IMG/VR virus record: IMGVR_UViG_2974596396_000001
Location: 24,254 to 88,253 of that record
Direction: 5' to 3' (one strand)
DNA length: 64,000 nt
DNA from: a virus
Lineage: Duplodnaviria > Heunggongvirae > Uroviricota > Caudoviricetes > Ackermannviridae
The translations under genes and the position numbers were made by a program. The notes beneath the pieces were generated by a model. The model saw nothing but the letters and a program-made list of their open reading frames with translations. It searched no databases and was not told the DNA's origin. The number at the start of each line of letters is the position of its first letter. Positions within the stretch are counted from its first letter, which is position 1. Of this stretch, positions 27,494 through 33,115 are shown in pieces.

Positions 27494-27562
27494 TCTATTT
27501 CTCCTGTAGACATTGGCTTATCATAGCGTATCTACAGGAGTATAGAAAAGGAGAATCTGAGA

Positions 27563-28240
27563 TTACTTGGTCAGAAAATCCATCAGGCGGCGGAAAAACG
27601 ATTTGCGTTCTACTGGTTTCTTAGATTCAGGGACCGGAATAGAACTATCATATTTAACAACCGGAGCACCCTGATCGTTCAGAACACGACTGGCTGGTGG
27701 AGTCGGTGGAGTCGGCTTCAAAGATTTGATCGCCTGATTCAGATCGGAATTGTCCACAACACTCGCTTCTTCAGCCACAGAAACACACGGCTTGATTAAA
27801 ACAGATTTCTTGGACTGCTCATACTGATGAGCGATATCTAGATATTTCTTGCGCTCAGCGTAGAAATCTACGTTCTTAACTTTACGGCGGCGAGCAGTAG
27901 AACTCTCTTCACCATAAAAGTCATATCCATTTTTGAACATCCAATTCACTGCTTGCTCAAATGAATTGAATACCATATACAGGCCGCGCCGCCCGTTGAC
28001 CATATCGTCTTCGCTGGAATAACCGATGAACACCGCTTGGCCTTTCTTGTTCAGATCAAATGGGGTGCAGACGCCCGTATCATCTAGGGAACGCGGTGCG
28101 AGGTGCCCGTCTCTGTAAATGTAAGCCGGATACAAGAACTCATTCAGAGTGCGCTTGTTGCCTTTATATGTGTACAGACGAGCAAATGGAGGCAGATCAC
28201 AAACAACATCATTGTAATCCCAAATTGTTACATTGCGCAT
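27563..28240 (-). CDS. hypothetical protein
   Basis: 225 aa, GAGGA SD, downstream of a promoter. Confidence 0.75.
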   Translation of the reverse strand: MRNVTIWDYNDVVCDLPPFARLYTYKGNKRTLNEFLYPAYIYRDGHLAPRSLDDTGVCTPFDLNKKGQAVFIGYSSEDDMVNGRRGLYMVFNSFEQAVNWMFKNGYDFYGEESSTARRRKVKNVDFYAERKKYLDIAHQYEQSKKSVLIKPCVSVAEEASVVDNSDLNQAIKSLKPTPPTPPASRVLNDQGAPVVKYDSSIPVPESKKPVERKSFFRRLMDFLTK

Positions 28241-28281
28241 GGTGTTTCCTCAAATCAATGAAGGGGTTTATAAACGGTTAA

Positions 28282-28307
28282 ATTTTAAACCCCTTATTGT
28301 CATTGAA
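28282..28307 (-). promoter_or_regulatory. phage promoter TTCAAT-N14-TAAAAT
   Basis: 14-nt spacer; flanked by AAGGGGTTTA/TAAACCCCTT inverted repeat. Confidence 0.65.
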
Positions 28308-28311
28308 CAAA

Positions 28312-28827
28312 TCAAATACTGGTCATATAGAGTGGGACAACCTGCTCAGCGATGAAGATGGCTTCCGTAATGGTAAAATCATTTCCATAAGATCTGGCAA
28401 TAATTTGACTACCGTTTGTTGCTAAATTACCGTCCTTGTCCACACTGAAGAATGTAGGAAATGACAAGATATCTTGTCCCGTTAACGCAGCGTCTCGACT
28501 TTTCGTTAATTGGTTCCCCGCAGACCCAACAAAATTCAGTTCTAATGTTCGGTTATTGGTGGATCCTTGCCATGCGCCTATCAAATTTATTTTCAGCGTT
28601 ACAGTTGAGTCATTATTAAAAACTTTGAATTTATTAGTTGCTAAATCAAAGAATGGTGTCATCGCCGTAGAACCAGCGACAGGAGTTTTATCAACAAACA
28701 ACGACAATAAATCTACGCCAGTTGCACCAGTAGGAATATTGAGAGACAATCCGGAAAATCTGACTTCTGTTTTGATGCGATGGGTCTGAAGCATATTCCC
28801 CAAATAGGGAGATGTCAAAATGGCCAT
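28312..28827 (-). CDS. putative virion structural protein (beta-rich)
   Basis: 171 aa; GGAGG-type SD; TAAATA upstream of the unit. Confidence 0.6.
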   Translation of the reverse strand: MAILTSPYLGNMLQTHRIKTEVRFSGLSLNIPTGATGVDLLSLFVDKTPVAGSTAMTPFFDLATNKFKVFNNDSTVTLKINLIGAWQGSTNNRTLELNFVGSAGNQLTKSRDAALTGQDILSFPTFFSVDKDGNLATNGSQIIARSYGNDFTITEAIFIAEQVVPLYMTSI

Positions 28828-28836
28828 ACTCCCTCC

Positions 28837-29070
28837 TTAAGAAACGATAACCGTCGCATCAGAATTAATTGCCTTAACCCATCCCACCGTCGGCGGGGTT
28901 AAAACGACCATATTTCCTTGATATATGATATGCGCGTTGTTACCCGTTGGAGTGCTGGGGCTATCACACAGATACACAGAACCGTGAGTCACTTGAAGAG
29001 TTTTCAAAGATGTGCCGTCTGAGACTTGCGTCCATGTACTTGCGTTTGGTGTGATCTTAGCAGTTGCCAT
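28837..29070 (-). CDS. small putative virion protein
   Basis: 77 aa, GGAGG SD. Confidence 0.65.
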   Translation of the reverse strand: MATAKITPNASTWTQVSDGTSLKTLQVTHGSVYLCDSPSTPTGNNAHIIYQGNMVVLTPPTVGWVKAINSDATVIVS

Positions 29071-29110
29071 AATAGACCTCCTTTACAAGTCAGATCTATT
29101 TATTACAGAC

Positions 29111-29140
29111 AAAAAGAAACCCGATCATCCTGATCGGGCT
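29111..29140 (-). terminator. terminator closing the RNA cluster
   Basis: CCCGATCA/TGATCGGG stem followed by TTTCTTTTT on the minus strand. Confidence 0.75.
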
Positions 29141-29197
29141 ATGTTAAACCATCGTGGGGATGGAAAGACTACTCACAGCAATTTCTGATAATGGGCG

Positions 29198-29353
29198 TTG
29201 GGAGAGTGCGTCGGGAATCGAACCCGAAATCGTCAGGACGCTGAAAGCTATTTGCATTTCACTTGCATATCCTGCGACTTTCTTAACTTCCTTAACCCCA
29301 GATTGTTATGAAGTCGGCATGCACACCTTCTTCATCTTCAGGAAGTCACACTC
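29198..29353 (-). ncRNA. expanded tRNA-like RNA (~155 nt)
   Basis: acceptor GAGTGTG/CGCACTC, T arm TCGGG-TTCGATT-CCCGA, ACTTCC/GGAAGT and CAGGA/TCCTG arms enclosing insertions. Confidence 0.65.
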
Positions 29354-29392
29354 ATAATTTGATTTGCGATGATGAACCCATTTCATCTGGGG

Positions 29393-29456
29393 TTGGGTGA
29401 GTGGGAGTTGAACCCACAACGCTTGGCTCGCTTTCCCTACCATTCAGGCCACCCAA
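29393..29456 (-). ncRNA. compact tRNA-like RNA lacking an anticodon arm (64 nt)
   Basis: TTGGGTGG/TCACCCAA, D arm CCT-GAATGGT-AGG, T arm GTGGG-TTCAACT-CCCAC. Confidence 0.6.
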
Positions 29457-29553
29457 TTCCAGGAGGTAGAGCACCTTTGCCGTCGGTGCCCATATGCCAG
29501 TCTTCCGCCCTGGCCTCCACTCGCGTCTGGGATTTCCGCGATGATCGCAAATT

Positions 29554-29637
29554 TGGTGTGAGTGGATGGATTTGAACCACCGCGCTGTTACGGGGAGATT
29601 TACAGTCTCCTGCATTCGACCGCTCTGCCACACTCAC
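29554..29637 (-). tRNA. tRNA-Tyr(GUA), copy 1
   Basis: GTGAGTG/CACTCAC-ACCA; GGAGA-CT-GTA-AA-TCTCC; long variable arm. Confidence 0.93.
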
Positions 29638-29643
29638 GTTGTT

Positions 29644-29729
29644 TGGTGCTCGTTAGAGGATTTGAACCCCAGCTCTCTGGTGATCAACCCAGAGAGTCGC
29701 GCCTCATCCATTTGTTAGCCTAAACGAGT
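29644..29729 (-). ncRNA. tRNA-like RNA with a single 8-bp arm in place of the anticodon/variable arms
   Basis: CTCGTT/AACGAG-C-ACCA, CTCTCTGG-GTTGATCA-CCAGAGAG, TTCAAAT T loop. Confidence 0.6.
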
Positions 29730-29734
29730 CTTGC

Positions 29735-29960
29735 AAAACCCGCACCGACCGTCTACAAACAGACTGCTTGACCGAGCGTAATGTGGACGGGCTTCACACC
29801 CGATTGAGCATTTGATCTGCCGTAGCCCAACTCCCCGCGCTTCACAGCGCCGATTGGTTAACTGGCGACCAGTGCCTTCTGGTTCGATCTCCTGGAACTT
29901 TACAGGCTTTGCGCCCGACCATTTCTGGGAGTTGGGGCATCGTTTCCGATGTGGAGTCAC
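29735..29960 (-). ncRNA. structured ncRNA of unknown class (~225 nt)
   Basis: 10-bp CCCAACTCCC/GGGAGTTGGG, CATCG-GAAA-CGATG, two TGTGAAG-type hairpin loops; no credible ORF. Confidence 0.5.
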
Positions 29961-29999
29961 CCCATTTTATACACAGCTGGCTGCAACGCTTACTGTGTT

Positions 30000-30081
30000 T
30001 GGTGTGAGTGGATGGATTCGAACCACCGCGTGGGATACCTGATTTACAGTCAGGCGCATTCGACCGCTCTGCCACACTCAC
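30000..30081 (-). tRNA. tRNA-Tyr(GUA), copy 2
   Basis: same acceptor/D/T arms as copy 1; CCTGA-CT-GTA-AA-TCAGG; CCA encoded. Confidence 0.93.
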
Positions 30082-30087
30082 ATTTAG

Positions 30088-30159
30088 TCTACCGCCGCGT
30101 GCTGGGCCACGCTTGAGGACATCGGCCATCCTTCCTCAGCTAATCCACGCGGCGGTAGA
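30088..30159. repeat. 14-bp perfect inverted repeat (long hairpin RNA)
   Basis: TCTACCGCCGCGTG (30088-30101) / CACGCGGCGGTAGA (30146-30159), inner TGAGGA/TCCTCA stem. Confidence 0.85.
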
Positions 30160-30227
30160 TTTGGATCAGAGTGTACGGTGTAGCATTCCGCAGGGGTGCA
30201 CCTACTGTAGCCCTTCCACTCTGAAAT

Positions 30228-30334
30228 TGGTGGGTGTTACTTCCGTCGGGTTCAGATTCCGTTCGGCTATTGGACTTCGCTTCAAGAGCTTGTCGTTCGC
30301 GTACTTCGTGCTTACTTGCTTTCGTTCACACCCA
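30228..30334 (-). ncRNA. acceptor-stem + CCA RNA with unstructured purine-rich interior
   Basis: GGGTGT/ACACCC-ACCA; interior has many GAA/GNRA words and no T arm. Confidence 0.5.
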
Positions 30335-30339
30335 TTGTT

Positions 30340-30470
30340 TGTCGTCGGGTGGGGGATTCAAACCCCAATCTTTAGTTTGCGTTTCTTCAAAGCTATCATA
30401 TGTTCACTTTGAATAATAAACTCCCCTGGACATCATAACAGGATCTCTATTTCATCCTGCAAGACCCGAC
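30340..30470 (-). ncRNA. expanded tRNA-like RNA (~130 nt)
   Basis: GTCGGGT/ACCCGAC, GGGG-TTTGAAT-CCCC, CAGGAT/ATCCTG, TTCAAAG/CTTTGAA. Confidence 0.6.
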
Positions 30471-30476
30471 ATAATA

Positions 30477-30552
30477 TGGCGACGATGACAGGACTTGAAC
30501 CTGCGACATATGGATTAACAGTCCACCGTTCTACCGACTGAACTACATCGTC
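30477..30552 (-). tRNA. tRNA-Asn(GUU)
   Basis: 76-nt cloverleaf; GTGGA-CT-GTT-AA-TCCAT; GCCA end. Confidence 0.95.
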
Positions 30553-30694
30553 AAATTTTGTGAAGACCAAACGCCGGATCGTAACGGTCGTATGTCTTCG
30601 GGTGGCTGTCGTTCTTGATGCTTACCATGCGCAGATCATAAGACTGATTCTGCAGGACATACACCAACCACAGCTGTTTTATAAATTCCATCAT
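30551..30694 (-). CDS. 47-aa peptide (not in ORF track)
   Basis: GAGGT SD; MMEFIKQLWLVYVLQNQSYDLRMVSIKNDSHPKTYDRYDPAFGLHKI*; stop overlaps tRNA-Asn 5' end. Confidence 0.5.
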   Translation of the reverse strand: MMEFIKQLWLVYVLQNQSYDLRMVSIKNDSHPKTYDRYDPAFGLHKI

Positions 30695-30695
30695 A

Positions 30696-30721
30696 AAGAT
30701 ACCTCACCAAATTTTATTGAA
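30696..30721 (-). promoter_or_regulatory. phage promoter TTCAAT-N14-TATCTT (plus CTAAATA at 30731-30737)
   Basis: 14-nt spacer; internal to the RNA cluster. Confidence 0.55.
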
Positions 30722-30737
30722 CAACTGGTTTATTTAG

Positions 30738-30813
30738 TGGTGACCCTGGCTGGACTTGAACCAGCGACCAATGAATTATGAGTTCACTGCTCTAACCACT
30801 GAGCTACGGGGCC
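30738..30813 (-). tRNA. tRNA with CAU anticodon, Ile2-like (lysidine type) or Met
   Basis: 76 nt; GGCCCCG...CT-CAT-AA...; body resembles enterobacterial tRNA-Ile2. Confidence 0.88.
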
Positions 30814-30818
30814 AAAAT

Positions 30819-30919
30819 TGGCGGGGTCTGAGGCTTTTCACCTCACCTGCTGGATTGGCCTCCAGCTGTTCTCTCTGGGGATTCACCTTCCGGACGGCTA
30901 TCCCTTAAACTATCACCCC
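30819..30919 (-). ncRNA. degenerate tRNA-like RNA (~100 nt)
   Basis: GGGGT/ACCCC-GCCA, TGAGG-TGAAAAG-CCTCA arm at the T position, GCTGGA/TCCAGC arm. Confidence 0.45.
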
Positions 30920-30924
30920 ATATT

Positions 30925-31012
30925 CAATAGCACCAGAGCATAATTACCGCTATACGACCACCCTCTCGGGCAGGTTGGTTCTGACCCAACGTCTCTCTGA
31001 TGCGTTTTATTG
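30925..31012 (-). ncRNA. circularly permuted tRNA-fold RNA (YrlA/Y RNA-like domain)
   Basis: order: outer stem, GTTGG-GTCAGAA-CCAAC (T), CTGCCC-GAGA-GGGTGG (closed acceptor), TC, GTAT-AGCGGTAATT-ATGC (D), outer stem GCATCAGA/TCTGGTGC. Confidence 0.65.
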
Positions 31013-31216
31013 TGTGCCCAATCAAGGACTGTCAACCTTTTATCCCGTTTGTGCATGATCAGTTCATGCATGCCTCTTTGTGCGCCTCACGGCAACGCGC
31101 TTCTGTAGGTCATTGACTTGCACCGTAGTCTCACCACAGGCGTTTATTTTTCCAGGGCTTTCCACTTACAAGTCTTAACCAGATCGGGATACGGGCTTGT
31201 AAGATCGGATTGGACA

Positions 31217-31294
31217 CAACTTTGATGGCTCTAGGACTAAAGATCCCGCGTCACCCATAGACTTGGTTTATAAAATCTAGAGCCATCAAAGTTG
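31217..31294. repeat. 18-bp perfect inverted repeat
   Basis: CAACTTTGATGGCTCTAG / CTAGAGCCATCAAAGTTG, 42-nt loop. Confidence 0.9.
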
Positions 31295-31674
31295 CAACCA
31301 ATGTCGCAACTCGCACTTCAGCGTCTTCGTCTCGCTTCAGCACTTGTCCTCTACGTTCGGACCAAACGAGGCTGGCCGACAGAAACATAACACCACTCAT
31401 CACTAGAGCGAGGATGTGGTTGATAGCCACGATGTTACGTCTCTGTCGTAGAGTGATCACACTTGTCAGGATGATCACTGTTTTGCGAACTTGAAAATAC
31501 TGCGCCTGTCTCGGGTTTCCCCTTAGTTCGGCCTCTCATTGTTCGTCTGGTCAGGGAGCTACCCTTGATGACCAGCTTATTTTGAGATCTTCGCCAGCGC
31601 CCACCAGTGTCTAGAATGTGTAGGCGTCGAGGTCTGCAAGGCATTGCCCTATTTCATACAACGCTCTCTCAAGT

Positions 31675-31810
31675 ACGCAAATCGAAGTTCTCTGGGCTTA
31701 ACAGGTTCGACCCAACATGTTGTATATCGCCTAACTTACTCATGGGACGGCCACTTCTGTGTACAGACCTTGAGGGTTAAAAGATATACCCAGAGAACTT
31801 CGATTTGCGT
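31675..31810. repeat. 22-bp perfect inverted repeat enclosing 92 nt
   Basis: ACGCAAATCGAAGTTCTCTGGG (31675-31696) / CCCAGAGAACTTCGATTTGCGT (31789-31810). Confidence 0.9.
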
Positions 31811-31855
31811 TGCCCTTCACTTGCCAGAGATCAGGGCAATTGGTAAGACTTCGCT

Positions 31856-31944
31856 CACATCTTAGAGGACACTGCACGGGACTCGAACCCGCCACGAACA
31901 TTTGGCGCCAAATGCTTCCACCTGTCAATGTCCTCTAAGATGTG
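31856..31944 (-). ncRNA. tRNA mimic with ~19-bp acceptor helix and palindromic anticodon arm
   Basis: CACATCTTAGAGGACATTG/CAGTGTCCTCTAAGATGTG; GCGGG-TTCGAGT-CCCGT; CATTTGGCGCCAAATG. Confidence 0.65.
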
Positions 31945-32068
31945 GAGCCGTTTTAGGGAGTCGAACCCAAATGCTTGGCCAGCGCTGACCTTACATCCCA
32001 TCTGACTTAGGCAACCCACCTCTGCTTACTCAGGAGCTTATCCCCTTTGGACAGTCAGATATAACGGC
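31943..32068 (-). ncRNA. expanded tRNA-like RNA (~126 nt) with CCA end
   Basis: GCCGTT/AACGGC-TCCA; GGG-TTCGACT-CCC; ATCTGAC/GTCAGAT; GGTCAGCGCTGGCC. Confidence 0.6.
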
Positions 32069-32124
32069 ATCGTCGACGGGAGATTATTAATCACACCCTC
32101 CCGTCTATTTTAGTGCGCCGAATT

Positions 32125-32338
32125 TGGTGATGAGGAATCGGAAGACCTCACTGGTGTATGGCTGTTAAGCTACTGCCAGGAACGTGTTATCGTTTGCATT
32201 TATCTTTGTGGTCAGTTTCTAAAAACCCGCAAAGTCGCATCCAACGAGAACGAAAACCTGTTTGAGTCCTAAACCTACCTGTCTTGGTCTCACATCGCTA
32301 TGAGTGGCCAGGACTCAAACAGCTTGCCGTTCAGTGAG
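32125..32338 (-). ncRNA. tmRNA-like RNA: tag reading frame ANDNTFLAVA* (32165-32197), CCA end, no canonical tRNA-like domain
   Basis: GATAAAT-GCA resume context; stop codon in an H5-like hairpin loop; own promoter; 13-bp 5' stem. Confidence 0.6.
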
Positions 32339-32341
32339 TTA

Positions 32342-32367
32342 ACTATACTTTGTAACCCGTTATTGAT
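32342..32367 (-). promoter_or_regulatory. phage promoter ATCAAT-N14-TATAGT driving the tmRNA-like RNA
   Basis: exact 14-nt spacer, as in the other copies. Confidence 0.6.
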
Positions 32368-32386
32368 AAAACCTTTTATTTTTTGT

Positions 32387-32454
32387 TGGCGAGGGTGTGG
32401 AATCGAACCACACTTCTGAGCGCTACCCCGTGTCACCAATGCACCACCTCACCA
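32387..32454 (-). ncRNA. compact tRNA-like RNA with stunted anticodon arm (68 nt)
   Basis: GGTGAGG/CCTCGCC, GTG-CATTGGTGA-CAC, GTGTGG-TTCGATT-CCACAC. Confidence 0.65.
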
Positions 32455-32616
32455 TCGATTTGCCGGAACTTACGCATCCGGCCTCGTCCTGTCGGTGTTC
32501 TTCTGAATCCGGGAAGATCAGCAGGAACTATGAATCAAGTTAATTCAACCAACAGGAATCCTCGTGTTGCCCTTTGACGCAACATTATGAACCCTCTATG
32601 AAGACTCATAATGTTG

Positions 32617-32708
32617 TCGGCGTGATGGAGATTAGCGCCCCCGACCCCCCCTTATATGTTGGTGTCGACTTGCCAACAGGGTGCTCTCTGATTCTGAGCT
32701 AATCACGC
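32617..32708 (-). ncRNA. tRNA-like RNA with a hairpin inserted in the anticodon loop and non-canonical T loop
   Basis: GCGTGAT/ATCACGC, TA-GCTC...GAGC, CCCT/AGGG enclosing GTTGG-CAAGTCGACA-CCAAC. Confidence 0.6.
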
Positions 32709-32911
32709 TACAACAGGGAGTTTCGTTCTCCGACGGTCAAGTGCGTCCACTGACACCAGCGAGGTGGCTATTACGCCTCTATTCACACAAGCCCCTGAGA
32801 CTAGGGGTTAACTGGTTTTGGGCTGCAAACCCGACTCCCACTGTGTTATTTCCCTCATGTTTAATACTTTACCGCAGCCCAGCTAATTTGAAAAGTCCTC
32901 TCCCCTTTGAG

Positions 32912-33058
32912 CTACACTGCCCACAGCAGTGCGGACGAACCTTCACTCAAAACCGGATGCGCCGAAGTGGGCAACTGTTTACCGGACTGATCGGGTAGAC
33001 CCAGGAGAGAGCAGGTAATCCCGATCAGGAGGATGAGGAGTAACATCATGTAAAACAT
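32912..33058 (-). CDS. 48-aa peptide with hydrophobic N-terminus (not in ORF track)
   Basis: GGAGG SD; MFYMMLLLILLIGITCSLLGLPDQSGKQLPTSAHPVLSEGSSALLWAV*. Confidence 0.55.
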   Translation of the reverse strand: MFYMMLLLILLIGITCSLLGLPDQSGKQLPTSAHPVLSEGSSALLWAV

Positions 33059-33115
33059 AGTGTTCCCTCCCTTCCATGCAACTAACTTTACTACAATTAT
33101 TTATTGAATAAAGCG

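Noticed and set aside
31020-31205. RNase P RNA (GTGGAAAGCCC resembles GAGGAAAGUCC)
   Set aside because: The partner P4 strand (ACAGAA...GGCUUA) and overall length are missing
31675-31810. Retron msr-msd (a1/a2 inverted repeats)
   Set aside because: No reverse transcriptase in the window and no identifiable branching G or msd stem; kept only as an unexplained long stem
32617-32708. Group I intron in a tRNA anticodon loop
   Set aside because: The 25-nt insert is far too short and lacks P7 core motifs
29352-33000. ORF-track calls in the RNA cluster (e.g. 29715-29960, 29842-30129, 30008-30412, 31251-31478, 31435-31644, 32681-32998)
   Set aside because: They overlap tRNAs or strong RNA helices, lack SD sequences and have no protein-like features
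32990-33045. CsrB-like CAGGA/GGA repeats on the plus strand
   Set aside because: They are the reverse complement of Leu/Ile codons (CTC CTC ATC CTC CTG) of the 48-aa minus-strand ORF, and no plus-strand promoter is seen
29150-33060. CRISPR array or mini-array
   Set aside because: No direct repeats at regular spacing; the repeats are inverted or tRNA-derived, and no cas genes are present
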